From: a virus
Reading direction: 5' to 3' (one strand)
Length of the DNA: 64,000 bases
Virus record (IMG/VR): IMGVR_UViG_3300025141_008848
Coordinates: 64,463 to 128,462 of that record
Shown: positions 9,716 through 21,400 of the stretch, piece by piece
How positions within the stretch are numbered: position 1 is the stretch's first letter
Layout: the number at the start of each line of letters is the position of its first letter
The notes under the pieces: generated by a model
Seen by the model: only the letters and a program-made list of their open reading frames with translations
Databases searched by the model: none
Told to the model about the DNA's origin: nothing
Program-made: the position numbers and the translations under genes

Positions 9716-11526
9716 TGAGTAACGAAAAAAATATAAGAATAGTAAGAGGAGAATCTAGATTTGCTGGGTCATCCAATGTAGAAATGGTTGTGCACCCTTT
9801 CCTAGAATCTACTACGAAAGAGTTAACACAAGGAGACAGAAACCTAGTTTTAGATTTAAGAGACCAATTCGATTTTGAACGGGAGTATTGCACAAATTAT
9901 AGGCTCCATGGTAAAATAGATATTTTATATAATAATATTGTTACAGGAGAAACAAATGAACAAGATTTTAAAACATCCATGTATTTTTTACCTGACTGGA
10001 CAGGGTGTCCACAAGTAGGGGGGGTACCACCAGGAAGTTGTGTTGGATTAACCCCAGCTTCTACGTTCTCATTTATGCCAGAAAAAAGATTTGGTATTAA
10101 TGCTAGTTTAAATGGTTGGGAACCATTATTAGCATATCAGGATAATTGGGTACAATATATTTCTTATATTCACGATGCGGATAGTGGACAAACAATGGAG
10201 TACTATATAGACTATGGAACCTCATCAGGACTGAGTTTCATTGCAGGAGACGGAATCCCATTCCAACCCACAACTAATACCATAGACGGGAAAGAAGTTT
10301 TACAATTAATTACACCAGTACCACATGGTATACTACCTGGGGAATATGTTGAGTTACAATCTACAGCTTTAGTATTTGGGGGTGGAGCAACATTAATGGT
10401 TGATGTTCCCATAACTTCTATATTCAACCCTGTTATAATGGGCACAAGTACACCCGCACCTCCACAAAACACATTTAAAGTAGATTCGTTAGGTAATAAT
10501 TTAGCAAACTCGGAAAATTATATCATAAATGTTCAAACCAACGGGCTAGACGTAGCATCTATACCAGCTAATGGTCCAGTAGGGACCTTAAAAAGAATAA
10601 TAAATATAGATAACCCTAATGAAACAAGGTCAGAATATTATACACAGATTCACAAATTAATAACTAACCCTAACGATTATACTTTTGATAGAACTGGATT
10701 TGAATTGGGAATATACGCTAAAAAAGGTAGAGTATATAGAGCAAAGAGAACACCAGATAATATAGAAAAAACTATAATAAAAGAACAATACGAATCTTAT
10801 TTATGGAACTCAAACCAAAATATAAACATTGATAATTATTATGATAATTTAAACCGCCCTTTAACTGATGTGTATTTAACCATTTTAACCACAAATAGAA
10901 ATTTAATTTGGGACTGGAATCCAGGTGGGGTGTCTAGTCCAGCTGGTTTTGGTTGGGGTTGGAATTTTAAGAAAAATGGGACAGTTGACCCATTTGTAGA
11001 TAATACACTTAATCCCATAAATTTAACACAAAACGGTACTTTGGGTGTTACTCCATTACCAGTTAGTGGAAGTACTTTTAGAGGTGCATTTGCGGAATAC
11101 AACCCATTTGAATTAAAAGAAAGAGTAATCTCTAATATAGGTCATTCTCTAAAGTTTAATAGGGACACATTATATATGTCAGGAGGAACACCATATGATT
11201 TTGTGCCCACCATTTACAAATACCAACCACACCATAAAATATCTTTAAAAAAATTCTCTAATTATATAAGTTATAATGATAGTTTATTTACATCACCCCA
11301 GTATGCTGTTTATTCTTCATCAGAGGAAACATTTAGGTGGAGAGAAATTTTACCTATTGAATTTTATGAAGATGGTACAAACGGTGTTAGTTATCCCTAT
11401 CTAAATGATGCACATTATCCGTACCTAAATCTAGAATTTACAATAGAGGCTGTAGGACCCGCATTAATACCATATAGTTCTGGTAGCATAAACATATTAT
11501 CTGAATACACTGATGGCTGTCAATAG
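9715..11526 (+). CDS. Putative virion structural protein
   Basis: 603-aa ORF coupled (TAATG) to the previous gene; beta-rich composition. Confidence 0.65.
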   Translation: MSNEKNIRIVRGESRFAGSSNVEMVVHPFLESTTKELTQGDRNLVLDLRDQFDFEREYCTNYRLHGKIDILYNNIVTGETNEQDFKTSMYFLPDWTGCPQVGGVPPGSCVGLTPASTFSFMPEKRFGINASLNGWEPLLAYQDNWVQYISYIHDADSGQTMEYYIDYGTSSGLSFIAGDGIPFQPTTNTIDGKEVLQLITPVPHGILPGEYVELQSTALVFGGGATLMVDVPITSIFNPVIMGTSTPAPPQNTFKVDSLGNNLANSENYIINVQTNGLDVASIPANGPVGTLKRIINIDNPNETRSEYYTQIHKLITNPNDYTFDRTGFELGIYAKKGRVYRAKRTPDNIEKTIIKEQYESYLWNSNQNINIDNYYDNLNRPLTDVYLTILTTNRNLIWDWNPGGVSSPAGFGWGWNFKKNGTVDPFVDNTLNPINLTQNGTLGVTPLPVSGSTFRGAFAEYNPFELKERVISNIGHSLKFNRDTLYMSGGTPYDFVPTIYKYQPHHKISLKKFSNYISYNDSLFTSPQYAVYSSSEETFRWREILPIEFYEDGTNGVSYPYLNDAHYPYLNLEFTIEAVGPALIPYSSGSINILSEYTDGCQ

Positions 11527-12481
11527 AATACAAATAAAAGCTTCTTTAAGTGATAAATCTGTCACTATACCTATAGGTCAAACTTTTGAAGAAATAGGCC
11601 AAGAAGAATTAATCAAAACTTGGGAAGAAGTAGAATTACAAGATAATATAAATGTTATACAAGATTATGAAACTACAAGATATGCATATAAAAATAATGC
11701 AGCTCCAGTGGGCTCAGGAGGTAGTAATACAATATCGTATAAATTTCATTTTTGGGATGCTGCAAATCAATGGTATACTGGCACAGGTGGAAACCCCCAT
11801 ACATTTAATGTTGTTGGGTACCTAAACAAAGATTTAGCAAAACCAAAGAAGGCATTTACTAAAAGCTTTTTTAAATTTGATTTTTACGACTCACCTAAAA
11901 AAGAAGAACAAAAAATAATGTTTACCAATATAATGCCATTAAATAATTGTATAAAAGTAACAACAGAAGTTGACGAACTAGAAGACCCGATAGAGTACTA
12001 CTCACAAATCGCAAATGACATTATTCCACCTACCTATGGGGTATACGTACCAACAGCGATATTAAGTCCATTAAAAGGTAAAAATGAGAATTTCTATATA
12101 CAATGGTTAAAAGATAGAGAATTGACACCCATTGATACTTTTTATATGTCTTGTAAATTCTTTAATGCAAAAACTGGTAAGGTAACGAATATGATAAATG
12201 ACAACCCAACACCAAGTCAAATTAATAATGGGTTAGTTCTTAATAATTTAGATTGGTTTTATTATAAAGTAAAACTTTTCATTGGACCATCCAATACTTC
12301 CACAATTATACCAAAATATAGGTATGTGGTGACTAAGTTCAATGAAGTCGCGATGCTCACCAATACTGGTGGGGTTGCGGGGACAGGACTTCCAGGTGGG
12401 ACACCTGCAGACGCTGTACCAAACACACCACAAGTACCAAATGCGGTACCAATAAAATTTTATGAATATGTAAACCCTTAA
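11513..12481 (+). CDS. Putative virion structural protein
   Basis: 322-aa ORF overlapping the previous gene; SFFKFDFYDS and FYMSCKFFNAKTG blocks. Confidence 0.65.
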   Translation: MAVNRIQIKASLSDKSVTIPIGQTFEEIGQEELIKTWEEVELQDNINVIQDYETTRYAYKNNAAPVGSGGSNTISYKFHFWDAANQWYTGTGGNPHTFNVVGYLNKDLAKPKKAFTKSFFKFDFYDSPKKEEQKIMFTNIMPLNNCIKVTTEVDELEDPIEYYSQIANDIIPPTYGVYVPTAILSPLKGKNENFYIQWLKDRELTPIDTFYMSCKFFNAKTGKVTNMINDNPTPSQINNGLVLNNLDWFYYKVKLFIGPSNTSTIIPKYRYVVTKFNEVAMLTNTGGVAGTGLPGGTPADAVPNTPQVPNAVPIKFYEYVNP

Positions 12482-12484
12482 TAT

Positions 12485-15400
12485 ATGGAAGTATATAAAT
12501 ACCGAATAAAAAGAACCAACCCAAGTATATATTGGACAGTGCCCTGTACAGGAGGGACAGATTTTTGGCCTATAAACTTGAGTACTAATTGTTCTGGAAT
12601 AACCATGTTTAATTCTACCTTTAGTCAAGTTAGGGATGCATTAGAGGGGGATATGAATAATTTCCCACAAGAACTAACAGGGTGCTCTATAGCTAATCCA
12701 TGTGTGATTTTAAATGACACAGTAGTGTTACCAATGTTCCCTTCCCCAGACCCATTTTGTATAGATTCCTCATCTCACCCATATATTTTATTTACGGGGC
12801 TAAATCTAATCCAAATGGGGGTCCAAACATTTACGGGTGAAAGTTATAATGATATGATAAGTGTTTTTGACTTAACCAACTCAACACTATCACAACCACT
12901 AAACACTCAAACATCGGCTAATCTAATGCCGAATTCTAATTCTTGTTTTTGTCAAAACCCTTTAGGTACAAACTTAAACCAAATACCTATTCTATTAGAC
13001 CAAGATTTTAATGATATTGGTCACTACGATATTTGGGATGGGAATATTGGACAAAAAGATATTTTTTCTAATTTTGTTGTTACAGCGACTACGACTGCGG
13101 GAAATAAAATAAAAATATTTAACTCTACAGATTTTGGTTATTATAAAACATTTCAGGATTCACCATATACTATAAATTGGGGTGATTGTAATTGTAATTG
13201 TCCTGTCCCCCCATGTGTTAATTCATTTGGTGACCCTTGTTGTGAAACTTTACAATTTCCTAATTTGACAAATCCGGTAGACCATACTTATGGTGGGGTT
13301 GGTTCTCGAAAAATTACCATAACCCATGAAAGTCCATGGGGACCTACTTCGGTGTCACAAATGATTACTGTCCCCTTCATGAATTATAACGCATTATTAG
13401 CGACAGGAAATATACCTTCTTTTGTGTCCCCAGTTATTGGACCTAATGGTCCAGTTGGAACTAATTCTTATTTTGGAGCTTACCCATCTACCCCATTAGA
13501 TTCCGGTACGGATATAATGCAATATAGTGGAATGTCACCTATCTTTGCTGGGGGAAATAATAATGACTGTTTTGATGTCACAGGAAATACCGAAAGTTTA
13601 TTAGGAGCATTCCAAAACTATACAACATCAAGTACTGCGGGCTTACCACCAGGATACCAACAAGGTATCACAGTACCTCTTATGGGGCAGGTTTTAAATC
13701 CAATCACTAATACATTAGTACAAGGAGTTTCTGGTAAAATAACACAAGTAAATGCACAATATACGGCATATACAATTAGTATTGGAACCAACACACCAAT
13801 AACCTTTTATGATTTTAGTAATGGTGTTACTCTCTATGAAGCTGTAAGTTGCGGGTTAGACGCGTTTGCGTTTGCAGCATTTGATTGTGTTAAATGTGAA
13901 CTAGGGGATTGTACATATTGTGAAACAAAAGATGAATATATTGATAGGATTACATTTTTACCAGAATCCATAACGTTTAATGCCCAACATGGGGAGTGGT
14001 TACCTACTACTAATTATGTTGTTGGGGATATTGTTTTTGATAGTACTTGGGGGGAATGTTGTTGTTATATGGCAGTAAAAGATATAACACAAAGCGCTAC
14101 TACTCTTTCCCCATGGGCAGGAGTAAAACCAACAGATACATTCCAAGGTGTGTGGTGGTATAATGGACAACCAACTGAACATATTTGGGAAGCGTGTACG
14201 CCAGAATGTGAAAGTTGTCCTGATTATACCGCAATACCTTGTTATGACCCAACAAACTGGTTAAACGCATATCCTACATTTGGTCCTCCAGGACCTGCAG
14301 GGGTTTATAGTAATGGTAACAATTATACTGCAGGAACATTTACGGTTAGTCAATTCGGTAATTGTTATAGAGCATTACAAACAGGAACACTACCACCACC
14401 AACAGGACTAACTAATAACGCATATTGGGATTACATAGGGTGTTCTAGTTGGATATGCCCACCAGTATCCGCTTTGACAGCTGGAACTGTAGCGTGTGAA
14501 CTGGTTCCTGGAACTGGGTCTACCAGTACTGGACCATGTACAACTATAGGTTATACCTCATACAATGATTGTTTTGACGATTTTTTAAATGGTGAGTGTT
14601 GTGAAGATAGGTATATATGTACTGACCAGTATTCATGTCAAGGGTGTACAGGGATAACTTCAGCTCATCCATTATATAATGACCCAAGTGGTTTAGACCC
14701 CTTACAAGGTCCAGTTTTTGACTCTGAGCTAGATTGTAATGCGTGGTGTAACCCACCAGCATTTTCGTGTACTACTCAGATAGCGTCATCTAATAATTGT
14801 TGTGTTTCACTTTCATGTGCTGAGGATAACTTAAATGGAACCCCAGGATATTATAGTAGTGTGGTATTACCCGTTATTGCTGCCGCTGGTACAAACCCAG
14901 CACCTTTCTCAAATATGATTGATTACATAGCGTCTAATTATGCTTTATGGTTCGTAAGCCCTCTTACAACACCTAACCCATACGACATTAACGATTGTAA
15001 TTTAGGTGTGGTAGGGATTGCTACTGCATGTTGTGATTATACAATATGGGTTTATAATTGTGAAGATGGGTGTATTCCCGCATTTGCTGGTGCAGGGTGG
15101 CCAACACCAGGTGATTGTTGGGCTGCTAATCCACAATGGGCGGGTTATGGGACAACCCCATGTGGTTGGATATGTGACCCTGTTTGTGAACCCTGTGTCG
15201 AGGTATACCAACTTGGTGTGGGATACCCCTACACCCCACAAGGATTACTTGATTGTGAAATGAATTGTTCTTGTGTTACTGACTGTTACATATGTGACTG
15301 TACCGCAACAACAACAGGGGTAAATATAAATTGTGATTTATACCACGACCCTATTACAGGTCTAGCCGGTTGTCCCCATTGGCCACCAAATGAAGGTATC

Positions 15401-18400
15401 CCAGTAAACCCAGGAGACCCATTAACCTACTTATACCAAACTAATTGTCTATCCGCGTGTACTTGTGAAGGTGGTATTGATTGCTTTATATCCTCTATTG
15501 ATGGAACACAGATGGGTGGATGTAGTTCATACCCAAGTTTGTGGCATATGGCACAACAAAATGCAACATGGAGTTTAGGGTCACCAACAGACGCTGCGGG
15601 TAACCCTACGGGGTATACCACTGTAGAAGAATGTTGTTTGGCCACCGAGTGTTGTTGGGCTGTATGTGAAGAAGACCCAGCTGTTTATGACCCTGGTTAT
15701 TTTGGTATTACCCCTTCAGTTAATCCAGCGTTACAAGGTGGTGGTGGTGGTACTTACCCATGTTGGTGGTATTCACAGTCAGTACCAGATGTGTATAGTG
15801 ATTTCGGGGGTGGACAACCTTCTAATTGTTGTAGTCCCTTATATATTAATAATGCAGGAGCTAATACGGGATTAGCTGGTTGTATTCAAGACCATCCAAA
15901 TCACCCATATTGTGATATGATAGATTGTATAAATTCATTATGTCCACAACCCGCCCCTTCTAATGAAATGATGTGTTGTGTCCCACCAGAAAACTCATGT
16001 ATATGTGCATGTGATACTTGGATAGCACAAAATGGTAGTATATTAGTGCCTAGTTGGGAAGGACCTTGGAACGTAGGAATTTATTTAGAAGGAGATACTG
16101 TAAGTTACGGTGATGGTAATACACCAGACTGTTGTTGGATATGTACATGTCCATATGACCCATTATCACAAGTATTTGGGAGTGGTGTGTTTGATTGTAG
16201 TAGTTCACCACCAGATGATGGACCATACAGTAATGGTCAACCCAACTGTTGGCAAACTTGTGAAAGGTTACCAGCTACGTTCCCTTCTCCACCATCAAAT
16301 ATAGTAGGTGACCCATGTGGACCTTGTAGTGGTCATGTTCCACCTGTAACGTATTCTTGTAGTACGGCAGGTTGTTTAGCTTCTACTTGTGTTTTTAATC
16401 CAGGTGGGATGAACCCGTCTATATGGGCAACACAAATGAATTGTTATGATAATCCTATGTGTGACACACCAGCATATCCAGGATATGACCAGTGTAGAGC
16501 AGATTGTTATTGTGCAGACCCAAATCCACTTGCTGAAGTTACAAGTTGTACCGTATTACAAGATTATTTAAATGATATATACTCCCCAGGGGCTCTGGGA
16601 GGTGTTAATGGCTGGATTGCAGGTACCGGATGGTACTCAACTTGGCCAATGACTTATCCACCAGTACAACCAGGACTTATATTTAATACTAGTGGTTCAT
16701 TTTGGTGGCAATATTCATCGTTCGATGATTGTGTGTTGGGGGTAAATGCTGGTGTAGATTGTTGTGACACCTCAGGATTTACATACGCTTGTGATGATAC
16801 ATGTAATTGCCCAACGGTAAATGGAAATCCATGTGTTGGTGGTACAGGATGTTACGTAGTAACGAGTGGTCCTCCAGGACCTTTCACATCAATGGGTCAA
16901 TGTCAAGCCTGGTGCACATGGGAATGTGACCCAACAGGACCACAAATATGTATATTTAATGCATTATCGATAGCAGCTACTACATATCCATCGGCATTAG
17001 CATGTAGCGTCGCTAATACTAATTGTGAATGTGTTAATGGTACTGTAGAGTACTGGTGTGATTGGGCAGGTGCAGACGCAGGATATTATAACACATTGGG
17101 AGCAGTCCCTTGTGTAGACAGTGTATATATGTCCAGCCAAGTTCCAGCATATCAAGCTATGGCGATAGGACAAGGAGCTACAGGACCTGCAGACCCGGCA
17201 AATAATTATCATGACGCGGTAGTCTTAGGGAATAATCCTACGGGACAAGGATTCCCAACAATACAACAATGTCAAGAAAAGTGTAGATTCTGTTGTGATT
17301 GTGCACCTCCAGGTTCAGGTATTTGTGATTTATGTGGAGACCCCGCTGTCACAATATGTAGTTGGGGTGACCAATTCTGTAGTGCAGGTACTGCCTGTCA
17401 ATATGGAAGTAGTTACCTATCACCTTATGACTGCCAACAAAATACAACTCCATATCCTTGTGCAGCACCGATTACTGAATATTGTTGTCATGCAGTAGAT
17501 GGGTGTCTATCATATATGGGGGCGTATGTAGCGGGGACCAACCCAGTTACAAGTGATGGTGTGGGTTGTGTAAGTTTCCATACCATAGCAGGATGTGATG
17601 GGGAATGTAATTTTGTATGTGGGGATTGTACACCAACCGGAGGACAATGTGATTGTACTTTTGTAAATACATTAACACCTAATTGTCTTGCACCTTATCC
17701 ATTTACTACGATGGCAGACTGTCAATTCTATCTTAGTACAGCTGTCAACCTTTTATATGATGCTGGGTCTTGTTGTAGATGTTATGATTGTTTTTTAAAT
17801 AGTCCTATAACATATTCCGCATATGATGTGGGAAGTAGTACATGGATAACAATGAGTACCCCTATACCTACGTTTACCACTAGTGCACTAGCATGGGTAG
17901 CAGGTACCCAATATAATACGGGAGATGTTGTTAGTGAACTTTTTGATGGTGATGACTGTTGTTATGTTTGTGTTTGGGGAGCTAATGAAACAGGAGGTAT
18001 AACAACTAACTGGACATGGAATCCTTCTTTCTATTATACAGCGTATGTTAATGATGTTGGGTTAGGTAACCCAGTTTGGCCAGGTGGTGGTACTGGAAGT
18101 TTGGCGTGGATACCTTGTGACGCAGGATGTGTAAATGTCCAAATAATTACATATAATTGTATTCCAGGAGCAATCTTCGATAGTTGTGAGTATGATACAA
18201 ATGGTAATCTAATGAATTTAATAGTACCAACCACAGTATTTTTATCTCAAAATGATGTAGTAAGGAGATTAGCGGACCCACTGGGGACACCAAATCTTCA
18301 ATCAACTAATATATTTACAATTAAATTTCCATATGGTGGATGGCCAGTAGGTTATCCAGCAAACCCTTGTCTATATAATGGATTTCCCCTAGCTATTGCG

Positions 18401-21400
18401 GGAGGTTTTCTCAGCATAGATAGTGATATGGCAATGCAATACGGCATCCCACAAGATTATGTATCCTGGTCCCAACTTATTGCAGCTCTGGTAAGTGTAG
18501 GTGTTGTGGATTACAGTGGTACCCTGGTAAGTCTAACTAGTACTTTTGACGAAGTATGTGAAGCAATATGGCTAGCAATTGGGTCGATGCCAGGTTCACT
18601 ACCAAAGTGTATTACCATTACGATAGACCCATGTGAGTGTACTCAAAGTACATGTGATTGTGTAGCAGTTAATGGACCAGGAGGACAATTCACTAATCTT
18701 GGAGATTGTCAATCACTTCTAAATAACGTACCTTGTTGTGGTACCTGGTATTGTCCAGGACAAACTAACTGTACCTGCGTATTCCAACCTAATATATTAA
18801 CTGGGTTTGCCACCCAAATAGATTGTTATAACGCTGTTAATTGTTGTGAAATACAAGAACCAGAATATGCCTGTATAGTAACAGCTCCATCTCCATCATT
18901 CGGAATACCTGATGTGTGTGACTGCATACAAACACCAGGAGGACCTTATACCGGACCAAACGCACTACTTGATTGTCAAACTGACCCAAATACTTGTTGT
19001 TCAGGTACTACAATGCCAGACTACTGGAAATGTGAATTACAACCTGGGGGTAACTGTCTGTGTGTACTAGACCCCTCACCAACGATTAATTCTTTTACTA
19101 GTCTATTTGATTGTCAATCAACACCAGTCTCCAATTGTTGTTGGACAGGAGTAAGCTACACACATTATTGGGAGTGTATAGATTTCGGAGGTACCATAGG
19201 GTGTGAGTGTGTACAAACATCAACAGGTGCATGGCCTACATCTGGAGACTGTGAAGCTCAACAAAGTCTATGTTGTTACAGTGGGGTTACAAAATGGGAT
19301 TGTAAAGACCCGGGGAATGGTAATTGTACGTGCGTACAATCAATATTTGGATTCTATACCAGTTTATATAATTGTGAACATAGTATACCTGCAGTAGTCC
19401 CACACCCAAACTGTTGTGAAAAAATTTATGGAAATTGTAAAACATGTGATGGAGCACAGCTAATCCATACAACAGGTAAACATTACGGTCCCCTAGGTGG
19501 GCTAGGTATAGCTTCTACAAATGGTGTAACCCTAGCACCAATTGTGGATAGGGGTTTATGGGTTACAGGAACGAATAACTACGTATACTTAGATGTGGTA
19601 GAAGACCCATTGGATGGTTGTTGTTACGCACTTATTCAAACGACAAATCATAGTGGGGTTAATATGTTAGGGCCAGGAAGCCCACTTCTAACCTACTCAC
19701 CAAGTATTGTGTATAATAACCACATTAACGGTTATTTTGCTGATGGTTCATATAATTCAGCTCCAGGTCCATGTGCAACAATACAACAAGTTTTTTGTCC
19801 ATGGTGGCCTTGTGACCCTAGTTGTGTAGGAACAGTAAAAGGGTATGATTGTGATAATTGTCCCGGAACGTGTGTTTGTAACCCTAATAATACCGCAGGT
19901 GCTACGTTCCAAGGTCCAGGAGCATTAGCAGCGTGTCAAGCAGTTTGTATACAAGGGTGTGATGATTGTGCAGTTAGTTTAGCTGGTTATCTCACCGGAC
20001 CAGTACAGTATGAGGGTGTATGGAGTGCTACTTTTAATCCTCCATGGCATGTGTATGATATTAATGATTGTGTGGTAGACCCTGCAGACAACTGTTGTTA
20101 TTGTTGTGTTGAAGACCCTACCGTTCTCAATCCGTGTACACCAAACACACCACCACAACTATGTAAAGTGGCTGGGGAGGTATGGCATCCATTCCCAATA
20201 TGTAAGTGTATGAAGCCAAATATACAACAATCCAAATCGAAAGCTAATCCGTGCATACCACAACCTTGTGCTCCTAATGAAACTTGGTTCGGAAACCCAA
20301 TATGTGATTGTGTCCCGAACGGTCCTGGTGGTTCAGGTCCTGGTGGTTCAGGAAATATTAACGGATGTGCCGCCAAACATCAACCATCACTCAATCTTGG
20401 TGTGAGTGTTGGTGGTGTTGGGTCTATACCAGTAACATGGGCAGATTGTAAACAAGATATAAATGGAGACCCATGTGGTCCTGGTGGCTCGAATCCAATT
20501 TGCAAGGACTGTGGTCCTGGTGCGATTACCTTCGATTACTATGACCACAATACCAGTACCTGGCAGACGGCTAATATCACTGCCACACCCACCCTCCCAA
20601 TTCCAGTATGGACACCAGGCACTTACACACCTACCGGTCAACAGGGTAACGTTGTTATGCATAACGGGTGTTGTTTTGTTGTTTGTAACACACACTCAAC
20701 ACCGACAACATATCTCAACCTATCTCCGACAGATGATTATATGGAATACTTATGGTGTATGTCACAACACCCTGGAGGAAATCCACTTGATTGGCCAACA
20801 CTAATGTCTGCCTTTGGTCAAAATCCTATGGCACAAGTTGTATATTTCCCATGTGATAAAGATTGTGTACCAAGTGTCCCTATAAGAAACAAGAGATATG
20901 ATTGTAAACGACAAGCAACGTTGGGGAACCCAAATAATATGGGATGCGTACCAAACCCAAATGGAGTTTATGTAGATTTACCAACATGTCAAATTAACTG
21001 TAACCAACAGGAAGAATGTAAACAATGTTGTCAAAATACTAATTGGGAACCAGGATTATCTGATGCAATGTCAATGACGAGCTCGTATACACTCCTACAA
21101 TCAAACGCAAATCCGTGTGATTGTGAATTTTGGTTAGGTGTTGGTTGGGTTCCAGTACCACTTTCAAAATGTAAGGTACGAGATGGTTGTGTACAAGTTA
21201 AGGTATGTGACTCACCTTATGTGTGGGCAGGACAACCGATATGTGATTGTGTTCTCCCAAACGATATCCCACACGAGGACTGGGCCCATGATGATGGTTG
21301 TGTACAAGATAAGGAATGTGAGAATGGTTGGACCTGGTCATGGAAATTATGTGACTGTGTTATTGAAACCAGAGAAAGATGTATGGAAAGAGAATGTGCA

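Noticed and set aside
20321-20350. Perfect 15-bp tandem duplication GGTCCTGGTGGTTCA x2
   Set aside because: In-frame GPGGS linker duplication; ordinary slippage.
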